In this document: positions 48,970-61,263 of the stretch, piece after piece
Numbering within the stretch: the stretch's first letter is position 1
Layout of the letters: each line of letters begins with the position of its first letter
Source of the DNA: Octopus vulgaris
Lineage: Eukaryota
Direction: 5' to 3'
Assembly (NCBI GenBank): GCA_951406725.2
Contig: OX597814.1
Location: 199,330,001 to 199,394,000, forward strand
DNA length: 64,000 nucleotides
Made by a program: the position numbers and the translations under genes
Notes under the pieces: generated by a model
What the model was told of the DNA's origin: nothing
Seen by the model: only the letters and a program-made list of their open reading frames with translations
The model's database searches: none

Positions 48970-49535
48970 TTGGGTTGTCCGGAAAGTTCGTGCCGATTTA
49001 TAGTAGCTTACCTTTCGACTTATTTTAGAACATGGTTGAGTCCATAAAACAGGATTTGACTACACCTCCATTTAGAGCACAGTTTAAGCTATCTTTTCAT
49101 GGAAGAAGGTTTATGTTCCTATAACCTGTGTTAGTTCTGTAACCCTTTAAAATGGAAGATAAGAAAGTTCATTTTCGGTACTTGATGCTTTGAGAACCAG
49201 ACAAAAATTGCTGCAGCTCGGCTGAGATGTGTTACCCTACCCTCTATATTCACCAGATATTGCTCCTTCGGATTTCCACTTATTCAGGTCTCTGCAGAAT
49301 AGTCTTAATGGTAAAAATTTCAATACCTTGGATGATGTAAAAAGCTACCTTGATAAATTCTTTGCCATGAAACCACCTCAATTCTGGGAAGAGGGTATTT
49401 TCAAGTTAAAGGAAAGATAGAGACGCATTGTGTTACAAAATAGTTCAAATTTGGTCGATTAAAAATGTAATGGCAAGTATTTATTGACCTTTTTCTTTCA
49501 TTTAAATATCGGCACGAACTTTCCGGACAACCCAA
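48970..49535 (+). mobile_element. Non-autonomous mariner (mellifera/cecropia-like) deletion derivative
   Basis: Perfect 28-bp TIRs TTGGGTTGTCCGGAAAGTTCGTGCCGAT, TA TSD; MEDKKVHFRYLML joined to LPYPLYSPDIAPSDFHLFRSLQNSLNGK. Confidence 0.95.
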
Positions 49536-50489
49536 TAGTATCTAATAGTATGAACTGCTATCGGTTTTTAAAACTGGTTACCAGACCTACGTCTCTTAGC
49601 TTGGTATCGATTAGGGATATAAGTATCTGCTTTGATATCAGTGTGGATTTAATATTGTAACTCGACGTGCATGGCATATATACCAACACAGACTTTATGT
49701 AACCAATCGCACACGCACAGACACACAAACCCATACACACACTCTAATTATGTTTGGTTAATTATTTTCCATGTTTCAAACTGCTGGAGTGTGTATCGTG
49801 GTTTTACAGTCTTTTAACGAATCGTTTTATTTGCTTTTATTAGGATTGTTATTTCGTTTCCTTGATACTGTGTTCAGTTGCAAGTGTGGATATTATTTGT
49901 GTTTAATTTCAGGGATCGGTGAATTGCTGCAGGCTATCGCTGGTTGATAATAAGCAGCTGAATACGGATGATCACCAACATTAAAATTAGATCTAAATAA
50001 AACCAAAAAATAGCGCATTTCCAATCCTTGTCAATTTACTGATTCATTTAACATAACACTCGGGTCACCCAAAGACAAACTCATTGCAATATAATAAAGC
50101 AATGCTTTATATATCTTTTCTATGTTCAAATTTCATGGGAAAAACTTTGCATATGTTATGAGCTGTACATACACACCCAAAGTATATTGTAATTAAATTG
50201 ATTTGAAGAGATGAATGATTATCGAGTACAGAGTTGGTTCATTTTACATTTCACAAATGTGGCTTTAAAGCTTTGTGCCATAGTTCAATCCTTGTATAGA
50301 ATATGTAAATATAAGTATATTAGGTACTTTTGCGTGATATTATGATTTAAGTAGCAAGATTCGTGGAAATTCCATGGTAGAACAAAAACTATACGGATAG
50401 AGTTACTATGTGTGTGTGTGAGTATATGTAATATCAAAAATTCCAAATGAATCATAATATATTCATACATATTACATACACACATATAT

Positions 50490-50534
<45 letters not shown>

Positions 50535-50537
<3 letters not shown>

Positions 50538-50740
50538 ATGAAAGAAAGAAAGAATGGAGTCGAACGACGATTTTAACAAAATTCCTTTACTCTCGACACA
50601 TGTTTCGAAGGCTGCATATTCCTAATTCCGAAGGAATAAAGGGTGCATTATGCCACCATCTCATCAGGAAATACAAGGAACTTATGTCAGCACCATGTAA
50701 AGCAAAAACTTTTAGTCGTTCGACTCCATTCTTTCATTTA
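50535..50740 (-). ncRNA. Candidate type I hammerhead ribozyme (50588-50674) between ~21-bp inverted repeats
   Basis: Minus strand TATTTC-CTGATGA-GATGGTGGCATA..TATGCAGCCTTC-GAAAC-ATGT-GTC-GAGA; IR AAAGAATGGAGTCGAACGAC at 50549-50568 / 50715-50734. Confidence 0.65.
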
Positions 50741-50902
50741 TTCATAGTTAAAAAAAACACACAAATTTACACACGAGAACACAGGATCCTTGCCCTTGGC
50801 ATATAGCTTCAACCGTGTTTTCTGACGTGAATTTGCTACCCAGGTATCGGTTAACCGAATTATCCATACTAGGATAATTCATTCACCTTCTTAAATAATT
50901 AT

Positions 50903-50958
<56 letters not shown>

Positions 50959-51672
50959 ATATCTATATCTATCTATACATAGAGATATAGAACCCACAAG
51001 AGTAAACAAGAGAGACAGAGACAGGCAGAAACAAGGAAAATGCCACTTGCATGTGAACACTATACAAATATTCTTTTAAAAAAACTTTTCTTTTAATTTT
51101 TCCAAATTTAATTGTTTTCCATACTTACAGTTGAAAAAGTCTCAATGACTGCAACCGGTACTGAAATGTTTTTTATAAAATTTAATCTTATATATATATA
51201 TATATATATATATATAAGATATGAGCAGTGCGTTACCTTCATGCAACGAAGAATAAATTCCACTAATAATGCTATTTTATTTTCTGAGATGCACTTCAAA
51301 GATAGTTTTTAAAAAGTTGCAGAATGAGGCAGAAGTGTTGGGGGCAAAGAAAGGGGAAAAAGAGACACTGATATATCTAAGGATGCAGTGACGTCACAAA
51401 CTTTGTTACTTATTCATTTTTTTCTCTTCTCCATCTCCGTATCATTTTCACCCTTCCAACTATATTTTCTGTTTTTTTCTCTTGCCTGTTTACCTAAACT
51501 CCCTCTCTTACTTAGCTGCTCACTTTGCAGAATCCTACCCTTTTTTTTTTTTTATCTCTCTCACTTCCTGGCTCAATACAACTCCGAGCTAGTCTTATCT
51601 CATTCTCTTTTGGCTCCTACTCACTGACGTTTCAGTATCACCATCATCACTACCATCATCAAGTATGCTTGA

Positions 51673-52024
51673 GAGCAGTTTTGCCATTTTTCATTTATTT
51701 ATTCTCATGCGCGTTTATAAGAAGTCGTTTGCTATTTCCCAGTAGCAGAGGCTTGAAGAAATTGCAAATGCTTTGATTCACTGTCACCATCCGGAAAATG
51801 AAGCTATAAGGTTGTCCCAAATGTTCGTAGAAAATCTTGGAAAATAATGGTCTTTATTTTGAAAAATAATTTTTGTTGTTTTTGTTAGTACTTGGCGAGT
51901 AAAAATTCAATTTTCGCAAGTGTTTACGAACTTTTGGGACAACCTGATATTTCATTTGCCCAGTATTAGTGTGATAACCATTCCACCACAGGCACAGATT
52001 TATTGTTAGTCACCGTAAACAGGT
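51673..52024. repeat. Right arm of the inverted duplication, interrupted by a MITE
   Basis: See 48646-48854. Confidence 0.95.
51807..51947. mobile_element. 141-bp Tc1/mariner-type MITE
   Basis: TIRs T(A/C)AGGTTGTCCCAAA(T/A)GTTCGTA; the TA duplication is confirmed by the empty site in the left arm. Confidence 0.92.
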
Positions 52025-52433
52025 GTATAAAATATATAACTTTACCATTATCGTCATTATTTTTATTTTCTCTCTTGTTTCTCTCCTCCACTCAACGCAC
52101 GCCTAACGACTTTCTGTCTCTCTCTCTCAAGCATACTTTTCAAATTTGTATCAGTCAATAGCATGTATTTTAATAAGTGTTTCATTGCATTTTTGCTTCC
52201 GAAGTGAAGATGAGTTTATAAATGTGACCATGCGGTCAGTTTTTAAGATTTTTTTCGACAAAATCACGAAAATTCTTTCTAAATAACTGTCTCAATAATC
52301 CGATTTAAAAAAAAAATTGCCATTCTTTTTAGTACATTTACTCTCCCCTTTTAAATTAAGAAACTGGTTCAATACCTAATTTCCTCCTTACAGGTGAATA
52401 ATTTTAATTTCATCTTTAATGCGTTGATATAAC

Positions 52434-52469
<36 letters not shown>

Positions 52470-52476
<7 letters not shown>

Positions 52477-52570
52477 ATATGTTACATTTACTCAATAGTC
52501 AAGATAAAACTCTGAGTTTCAGATGCCGAAGTGGAAATCCACAACACCATATTTTCAGTTATCTGGCCAT
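52470..52570 (-). mobile_element. Second copy of the 16356-16525 hammerhead-like repeat
   Basis: Near-identical sequence; core reads CTGAAAA (mutated); stem III AAACTC-A-GAGTTT. Confidence 0.6.
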
Positions 52571-52574
52571 CCAG

Positions 52575-52600
<26 letters not shown>

Positions 52601-52605
<5 letters not shown>

Positions 52606-52778
52606 TAATCCAAACAAGAAAACAAAAAAGACAACAACGCGAGGATGTGGAACAATTAAAGTATTATTAGGCGCTCGGGAAAAAAGGGAAGAAGGAGGGT
52701 ATGACGTTTCGAGCGGAGCTCTTCGTCAGAAACATAGGAAAAAGAAAGATCCCGAGGTAGGAGGACAGAGGAAAAAAT
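52601..52778 (-). mobile_element. Penelope-like short element with a minimal hammerhead (52699-52733)
   Basis: Minus strand GTTT-CTGACGA-A-GAGC-TCC-GCTC-GAAAC-GTC-ATAC; same family as 1913-2097. Confidence 0.65.
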
Positions 52779-53169
52779 ATATATATATATATATTTTTTT
52801 TTTTTTTGCCAGAAGTTTTAAATTTAGATGAATAAGGCGGCTGGTTGCATCAATAAAAAATGCTAAGTCAAATAGTTGATCGTTGTCATATAGAAGCTAA
52901 TTTTTTTCTTCTAAAAACATCATGCTCATTATTTTCCACTTCTTTTCAAAGAGGACGCATAAAATTTCCTCCAGAAAGATAGCAGGTCTCGCACTAGAGG
53001 ACGACATCAGAATATTCTTCCAAATCTAACATTTTGTAATATTCTCTGAATTCACAACTGTTTCATGCCGCTGCTCGGATTTTATTCACATATTTCACAA
53101 ACATTGACATTGTATTCTGAAAATTTAAAGATTTTCCATTCAGTGACTCCTAATATCTGGTGTAAACGA

Positions 53170-53493
53170 TACGTTACATTTCAATGTTTTAGGGTTAGGG
53201 GTGGGGGGAAGGGTTTTTTTTTTGCTTCAGAATGTAAATAAACCCAATCTGTTTCTTAAACGAGGGACATATTCATACGGTACAGAATGTTTTTTTTTAC
53301 CTCAATAGACGTCATTGATTGGTTGAAATTGCAGAAAATAAAAAACAACAAATATCTTACAAACTATAGAATTTTCTCAAAGCCAAGAGAAAAAGATGTT
53401 TTATAAACACATTCTACCAGTATACGAAGTTTAAAAGTGTTTAGTTACGTGGAAATTATGTAAAAAAAACTGCCGTTCAAACCGAAAAGATCC
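53170..53493. mobile_element. One arm of a related long-TIR (Merlin-like) MITE
   Basis: ACATTCTACCAGT..AAAGTGTTTAGTTA..GAAAAGATCC terminus; internal TTAGGGTTAGGGG tract. Confidence 0.75.
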
Positions 53494-54269
53494 TGAAAAT
53501 GTTTTCACGCAAGATTATAGATCTAAGTTTACTGATTATTGATGGAGTTCCATTAGTGCAAGTATTGATAAGTTTACCGAAATTTACTAAAAAATTTTCC
53601 AAGTACGTCTGTACTTTGTCAGATATCTGATCTTTTATTTTTCTGTTAATCGATGCAGGACAAACAAGTTCTTCAAAAATGCTAAAACTGTCATTACTTC
53701 CTCTTATATAATTCCCTAACTTAGCTCTATGACTTATGCCGGTTGATTCTTGTAAAGCTAAAGAAAATAAATTATAAGTATCGGAAACACCTTACTGTTA
53801 CTCAGATACAGCACCATTAAATATTTCGAAGAGCCTCAGTTGTTTGCTTTTCCGTTCGATATTTTTATCACCAAGATCTCTTGAATATATTTGAAGAAAA
53901 GCTTAACACTTCTTAACCAAAAAAAAAAAAAAAACGTTTTCTTCTCTCTCTCTATCTCTCTTTCATTCTTCCAAAATACACTTCATTCATCACTAAACTT
54001 TCACGCCGTCTACTAACAATTATATTTTGTCTTCTTTCGATTTTTTTCCTTTTCCCTTGAGCACACATTCTTTCTGTAACTCACACCCAAACATTAGTCT
54101 CGGCTTTTCTTCTATTTTGGATGATGCGATTTGTAGCATCTGTTAAGATGATTCTTCTTTTATTTGGGGAAACAATTTTTACAAACAGTACATGACTATT
54201 TCCCTAAATGAACTGCCAATAAATAAAACCTCAACGCCACTACTTATAAAATTCAGACTTGCTGTCACT

Positions 54270-54352
54270 TTTCACATGGTTTATTATTCTTGATTAGGTG
54301 AGTTACTCCACCAATTTATACTCACTTATTGCAGTGTTTTAATATTGTGAGT
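54270..54352 (+). other. Second candidate recursive splice site (AG|GT at 54297/54298) with a 49-nt cryptic exon
   Basis: TTTATTATTCTTGATTAG|GTGAGT, with a second donor ATT|GTGAGT at 54347. Confidence 0.35.
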
Positions 54353-54897
54353 TTATATTCAACTTTCAATGATGATGCGAGTAACGTTGTGCTTCCTCCG
54401 GAAAATTTTAAGTGTCTCATTCTTTCTTGTTTTCCTTTTGTGTATTGAATTCAATTCTGAATGAAGAATATCTCTTACTTCCATACAGTTAAACACGTAA
54501 AAAATTCTACGACTTTACTTGAGATGCTACGAGCTTGAGAACAGCTGCTTCCCAAACACCCACGTACTATAAGCATATACGCTAGACAAGAAATGTAGCA
54601 AGTCTTCCGCCTCAGAATGTTCTGTTTGGAGAATTATATCTTTCTTCAGGCGAAGAAATTATGGGAGCTGATTATAATCTGACAGCAACGTTACAAATGT
54701 GTCGAAGATTAACATATATACACAAGAAAAACTGCCTTCGAAGGAAAAAAAAGCTTCATAAAATTGCCCAAAATAATCAACTTCCAAGCAGCATGTATAT
54801 TCGGTAATATGACATACATCCTGCATGCGTATGTCACAATTAGACTAAGCGAGAATATTTTTCTAGAAATATACTCAATATTATGTATATATATATT

Positions 54898-55211
54898 TAT
54901 TTATGCGCCCTTTTCAAGCCTAGCCAGGCTCGTGGGGCCCGGTTTCCCGGTTTCTGTGGCGTATGTGTCCGCCCCCTCCCCACCAGCTGGACGAGACGCC
55001 TGTCCATCGCAGCGTTACTCAAGAAAAGGAAGAAAGTTGGGGCGAAAGAGTACAACAGGGGTCGCGCCCCCCCCCCCCTCCCTGCCGGAGCCTCGTGGAG
55101 CTTTAGGTGTTTTCGCTCAATAAACACACACAACGCCCGGTCTGGGAATCGAAACTGCGATCCTCCGTCCGCGAGTCCGCTGCCCTAACCACTGGGCCAT
55201 TGCGCCTCCAC
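54898..55211 (-). mobile_element. SINE C, variant C2
   Basis: Matches 40311-40624. Confidence 0.9.
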
Positions 55212-55589
55212 GTATGTATGTATGTATGCATGTATATGTGTGTGTGTCTTCAGTTTATTTTTTAGTCAGACTGAAACAGATTTTGTCTCACAACTTGAGT
55301 TTCCTGTCATTGTGATCTTGAGGAGACTTCTCACCCGAAACTCGAGGTGTGAAACACTCACAATTTCGGTTTCAATAAAGAAAGTCATATCCCCTACACC
55401 ATGCATTGAGCACTACTCTCTCATTCGAGCGACATAAACAAACATGCATGCATATAAATATGTGTGTGTGTGTGTGTGTGTACACACCTGCCCAAAGTAC
55501 CACGCTGTCGAACTGAAAGCGGAGCCTTGACGTTAGGAAGCATGCTTCTTAATACACACCCACGCCTGCGCCGATTTATACCAACATTT

Positions 55590-55819
55590 ACTCTTTACAC
55601 TCTCTTTTACTCTTTTACTTGTTTCAGTCATTTGACTGCGGCCGTGCTGGAGCACTGCCTTTAGTCGAGCAAATCGACCCCAGGACTTATTCTTCGTAAG
55701 CCTTGTACTTATTCTATCGGTTTCTTTTGCCGAAGCGCTAAGTTACGGGGACGTAAACACACCAGCACGGTTGTCAAGCGATGTTGGGGGTGGTTGGACA
55801 AACACAAACATATACACAC

Positions 55820-55856
<37 letters not shown>

Positions 55857-55863
55857 CCTACAC

Positions 55864-55904
<41 letters not shown>

Positions 55905-56181
55905 TACATACATACATACATACATACATACATACATACATACATACATACATACATACATACATACATACATACATACATACATACATACACACAGACA
56001 CATACACACACACACACACGACGGGCTTCTTTCAGTTTACGTCTATCAAATCCACTCACAGGGCTTTGGTCGGCCCGAGGCTGTAGTAGAAGACACTTTC
56101 CCGAGGTGCCATGCAGTGGGACTGAGCACGGAACCATGTAGTTGGTAAGCAAGCTACTTACTACACAGCCACTCCTGCGCC
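55590..56181 (-). mobile_element. SINE A with a greatly expanded central microsatellite
   Basis: Family A arms around (TCTA)n(CA)n(TACA)n. Confidence 0.92.
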
Positions 56182-57009
56182 TTGTTAGCAGAAAGGGAGC
56201 CGAATCACTGCCAATCGGGTGCTGTCTGATCCTTTGAATGCTTTGGAAAACTCATTGAAAGGTTTGATAACAGGAGAGGAAAAACAGACGTGTGATACAA
56301 GAAAACACTGACTACGAAAGAATTGGTAATCGTGGTCTTTGTGATTTGGATCGTCATCGATTCTACTGGAAAAGAAAGACTGGTCGCGGTGCCTCAAATG
56401 TAACCGTGTTAAAGACCGTCTTTTTTTCTTTATTGCGAAGGCAGTTTTAATCATTAGTTCGTTCTATGTGATCAGATGATGAAAAGGAGGGTCTAACTTG
56501 GATGCTTCGGTGTGTTTGAGAGGGATACTGCAAATAAAGTGGTTTCAGAAATGGACAAACAATCTATGCATGCTACTACTCCATGCTATTCTACATGCGC
56601 CAGCTCACGTGTCATTCATTAACGGTCAATTTTTGGCAAAGTACAAGGCATCTCTCGTTCTCTAATTGTATTTTCTCCCAACTTGGCCGCTGAATACTTT
56701 CTGTCTTTGCCAACGTCGAAATCTATCCTGGAAGGTAATTGTTTTCAAACGAGGAGACAAATAATAAAATATTCATAGCGACAATCGCACTGTCCCTGAA
56801 AACGTGTTCTAGGAGGCGTTTTAGAGCATTGTTTTGAAGAAAACAATTCAAATGAAGCTAAATAAGTATTTTTTAACATCAGGTTTCCGTTCACTTTCAC
56901 ACACAAACACGCACGCACGCTGCACGCACGCAAATACACATACATGCAGAAGCCAATCACATGCACATAATTCTCACTTACAAATCATGTGCTGCATTAA
57001 AAATAATCT

Positions 57010-57376
57010 TCTCTACTCTAGGCACAAGGCCCGAAATTTTGGTGGGAGGGGATTAGTCGATTAGATCGACCCCAGTACGCAACTTTGAAGTCAGAACGTA
57101 AAGACAGGTGAAATACCTGTTTCTTTATTACCCACAAGGGGCTAAACATAGAGGGGACAAACAAGGACAGACAAAGCGATTAAGTCGATTACATTGACCG
57201 CACTGCGTAATTGGTACTTAGTTTATCGACCCCGAAAGGATGAAAGGCAAAGTCGACCTCGGCGGAATTTGAACGCAGAACGTAACGACAGGCGGAATTT
57301 GAACTCAGAACGTAACGACAGGCGAAATACAGCTAATCATTTCGCCCGGCGTGCTAACGTTTCTGCCAGCTCGCCA
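57010..57376 (-). mobile_element. SINE B dimer whose second body carries the B2 tail
   Basis: Shared dimer junction at ~57110; tail CCCGAAATTTTGG..GGCACAAGG; TGCTGC(A/C)TTAAAAATA on both flanks. Confidence 0.85.
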
Positions 57377-57911
57377 TCTTGCTGCCTTAAAAATACTATG
57401 CTTAATTAAGGCTAGCTTCTTTTTAATATTTGGAAAATTATATTAATACAATATTACTAAAAATTTTCGTTTAATAATATGTTTGGGTGTTTACTGCTTT
57501 TGTTTTGTTTTCTCATTTTAATGATTACCTTAGGAAGTAAAACGTCAATGTAATATTAATTCTTACATTTTTGACGGTAATTCGATGAAAAGATCATACA
57601 ATTTGATTATAATTATGTGTTGATAACAAATACAATTATAACCCGCTTTGTATAATTTTATTAGCCTTAAATAATCACATGTACAACATGTAAATTATGA
57701 ATCAACTATCGACAGTTTTACAGTGAAGTAGTAAAACGGATGAATGTGGAGGTGGTAGTAGAGAGGTAGGGAGCCGGAAAACGTAGAGAAAAACTATTTG
57801 GTCAGAAATAGTGAATTAGATTACTGTAAAAAAGAGGAGTCTGACGTTTCAGGCTGTTTCTTCTATTGCAGTTTAAATGTTTTTCTGTCGGTAATGAATA
57901 ATTTAGCAGTG

Positions 57912-57957
57912 AGGGAGAGAGAGAGATAGGTAAATTAAAACAAAGAAGGAAGAGAGG

Positions 57958-57992
<35 letters not shown>

Positions 57993-58420
57993 ACAAACAA
58001 AGAAAGGGGGACCGAGAGCTAAAGTGAGACAAAGAAGGAAGAAAGACAAAGACAGATAGACAGAAAGACAAAAAGAAAGACAGACAGAAAGACAGCTACA
58101 AAGCTACAGACAAAAGGGATCGAGAGATGAAACGAGACAGAGAGGGAGAAAGAGAGAAAGGGAAAGAGATGAAACGAGACAGAGGGAGAAAGAGAGAAAG
58201 GTAGAGATGAAACGAGACAGGAAGGGAGAAAGTGGGAAAGGGGAGAGAGAGAAAGAAAGAAGGCAAGAGAAAAAAGAAAGGGAGAGAGAGAGAAAGAAGG
58301 AAAGAGAAAGAAAGACAGAGGTAGAGAGAGAAAGGAAGGAAAGAGAAAGAAAGAAAGAAAGGGGGAAAGAGAAAGAAAATAGGAGAGAAAGAAAATAAGA
58401 AAGAAGAGAAAATGAGAGAC
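57912..58420. repeat. Polypurine (GA-rich) low-complexity tract with ~40-bp tandem units
   Basis: GAGATGAAACGAGACAG..GGGAGAAAG repeated three times; explains the Phe/Leu/Ser-rich ORFs. Confidence 0.9.
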
Positions 58421-58541
58421 GTGGGATGAATGAAGATAGTAACAGGACGAAACATAGAAAGAAAACAGGCCGTGGAATAACACTAGAGCGCGTGAAGTTG
58501 AAAATATGGAGAGAAAAGAGAAGGAAAGGCATCCAAGAAAA

Positions 58542-58650
58542 GATAAATTAAGTACCAGTTACTGGGGTCGATGTAATCGACTTAATCCCTTTGTCTGTCC
58601 TTGTTTGTCCCCTCTATGTTTAGCCCCTTGTGGGTAGTAAAGAAATAGGT
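58542..58650 (+). mobile_element. SINE B 3' fragment
   Basis: GATAAATTAAGTACCAG...GGGTAGTAAAGAAATAGGTAT. Confidence 0.85.
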
Positions 58651-58827
58651 ATATATTTATAGGCTCGTGTATGTAGTAAAGGACTGTGTCGTTTTTGTTG
58701 CTATAATGTAAGTGGTGTAGTGTTGTTTATTATATAGAAAATCTTATGATTATTGGTAACAGAGCGAAAAAGTGGGGGTGATGGATGTAAAAAAGATGGA
58801 TGAGAGTAATTGAACATGGTGGTATTG

Positions 58828-59061
58828 AAGGCGGCGAGCTGGCAGAAACGTTAGCACGCCGGGCGAAATGTGTAGCCGTATTTCGTCGGTCGTTACCTTC
58901 CGAGTTCAAATTCCGCCGAGGTCGACTTTGCCTTTCATCCTTTCGGGGTCGATAAATTAAGTACCAGTTACGCACTGGGGTCGATATAATCGACTTAATT
59001 CCTTTGTCTGTCCTTGTTTGTCCCCTCTGTGTTTAGCCCCTTGTGGGTAGTAAAGAAATAG
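58828..59061 (+). mobile_element. SINE B monomer
   Basis: Family B consensus. Confidence 0.92.
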
Positions 59062-59099
59062 GTATTGTTAATGCATAGACGTAGAATGAAACACCGATT

Positions 59100-59316
59100 A
59101 TTTCTTTATTGCCCACAAGGGGCTAAACATAGAGGGGACAAACAAGGACGGAGAAAGGGATTAAGTCGATTACATCCACCCAGTGCGTAACTGGTACTTA
59201 TCGACCTCGAAAGGATGAAAGGCAAAGTCGACCTCGGTGGAATTTGAACTCAGAACGTAACGGCAGACGAAATACTGCTAAGTATTCGCACGGCGTGCTG
59301 ACGTTTCTGCCAGCCT
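59100..59316 (-). mobile_element. SINE B monomer, tail-to-tail with the previous copy
   Basis: Reverse complement of the family B consensus. Confidence 0.92.
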
Positions 59317-59573
59317 TTTTGTGAGTGCAATATTGAAGATGAAATAACAAGTGTGGAATTTTGAGAAGGAACATTTGACGGTACCGGGATATATGCGAGA
59401 CAAGATAAAGTTTAACTTCGAACCAACACACAACAGTCACCCGACTCTAAGCAAATAGACTAGATTCATATTCTGTATTTTAATTTTTTTCTTTTCGTTT
59501 TTTGCTTTTACCACAAACACCAAAGCGTATCAAAAATACTCGACCATTACACTTGCAATATACATTTCAAATA

Positions 59574-59995
59574 GGGCGACGAGCTGGCAGAAACGTTAGC
59601 ACGCCGGGCGAAATGCGTAGCCGTATTTCGTCTGCTGCCATGTTCTGAGTTCAAATTCCGCCGAGGTCGACTTTGCCTTTCATCCTTTCGGGGTCGATAA
59701 ATTAAGTACCAGTTACGCACTGGGGTCAATGTAATCGACTTAATACCTATGTCTGTCCTTGTTTGTCCCCTCTATGTTTAGCCCCTTGTGGGTAATAAAG
59801 AAATAGGTATTTCGTCTATCGTTACGTTCTGAGTTCAAATTCCGCCGAGGTCGACTTTGCCTTTCATCGTTTCGGGGTCGATTAAATAAGTACCAGTTAT
59901 GGACTGGAGTCGATGTAATCGACGTAATACCTTCCTCTGTCCTTGTTTGTCCCCTCTATGTTTAGCCCCCAGTGGGCAATAAATAAAGAAAGAAA
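59574..59995 (+). mobile_element. SINE B, dimeric form
   Basis: Two bodies with the shared junction. Confidence 0.92.
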
Positions 59996-60467
59996 TATAC
60001 GTTTAAAATTTTTATACGTTTAAATATACGTTTAAAATGTTATGTTACGCAACCAGAACTAAACCAGTTATACTTAATGGTTTAGGAAAGGAAAATTTAT
60101 GGGTTATATTAGTACGTGAAAATTAATGTTCGACGTATGCACACTCAGCCTATTTTAACTGCCAATGAAGAGAGTTTTGAATCTTATATAAAACGAAAAC
60201 AAGAAAAAATTGTTTAATATTTCCTGTTAAGTGTTTTCCGTTTGGATAATTATTACCTCTGAAGGGCATTACAATTTCTAGTTAAATAAAAATTTGTTCA
60301 ATCACATCGCTCAAAATAATTTTCGAAAAGCAGCAGAGTATTGCTAAGATAGTTTAGAGGATCTGCGTTACCAAACATATTCAACGCATGATATATTCTT
60401 GTAATTGCTATATTCCACTGATATTCCTCAGAATACCCTAGCCCGTAGCGCTTCATAATACTTACAA

Positions 60468-60714
60468 ATGTATGTATGTATGTATGTATGTATGTATGTA
60501 TGTGTGTGTGTGTGTGTGTGTGTGCGTGTGCGTGCGTGCGTTTTTATGTGTGTGTGTGTATATATATATATAAATATATATAAACATACATATTTCGTTT
60601 TTGGATACATATATATATATATATATATACATATTTCGTTTTTGGATACATACATACATACATATACAATACATACACACACATAAACACACACACACAT
60701 ACACACACACACAT

Positions 60715-60766
<52 letters not shown>

Positions 60767-60815
60767 AAATTGGTGAAATTGATTAATAATTAATTAATTT
60801 TACCCTCAATTGTTG

Positions 60816-60863
<48 letters not shown>

Positions 60864-60950
60864 GCATACATACATATATATATATTTCGTTTTGGGATTC
60901 ATACATAGCTGTACACATACATACATACATACATACATACATACATACAT
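60468..60950. repeat. Compound microsatellite field
   Basis: (TATG)n, (TG)n, (TA)n, (CA)n with three copies of ATATTTCGTTTT(T/G)GGAT. Confidence 0.9.
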
Positions 60951-61263
60951 GTTTACAGTTGTAAGTCTTGTATATACATTTATATGTATGTATATATGTG
61001 TCTGTGTGTTTATGTGTCTGTATTGAAAGAGGGAGAGATCTGTGTGTATATGTATCTGAGAAAGTGTTCGAATATGCGTGATAGATGCCTATGTGATAAC
61101 ATTGCCTAATTAATTCAAATAGCATTTCATTTGCAGCCTCATCTTCATGATTTACTTCATTTGTCATTTACATCCAATATATAAACGGAACATGATCAAA
61201 CAGGAATTTCTTCTGTTTTTCCTTAGGTTGATATTTAGTGCCCCCTTGCGGATCGTTTACATA

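Noticed and set aside
49890-49984. Acceptor followed by a short frame GSVNCCRLSLVDNKQLNTDDHQH-stop and AATAAA
   Set aside because: Short, no homology recognised, and AATAAA is common in this composition
52370-52400. CTAATTTCCTCCTTACAG|GTGAAT as a third ratchet point
   Set aside because: Weaker regenerated donor and no downstream cryptic donor visible before the (TA)n tract
53188-53213. Interstitial telomere
   Set aside because: Only two TTAGGG units, internal to a MITE arm
56185-56454. 89-aa minus-strand ORF in unique sequence
   Set aside because: No recognisable domain or convincing splice signals
58019-58532. Long Phe/Leu/Ser-rich membrane-like ORFs
   Set aside because: Translation of the polypyrimidine strand of a low-complexity tract
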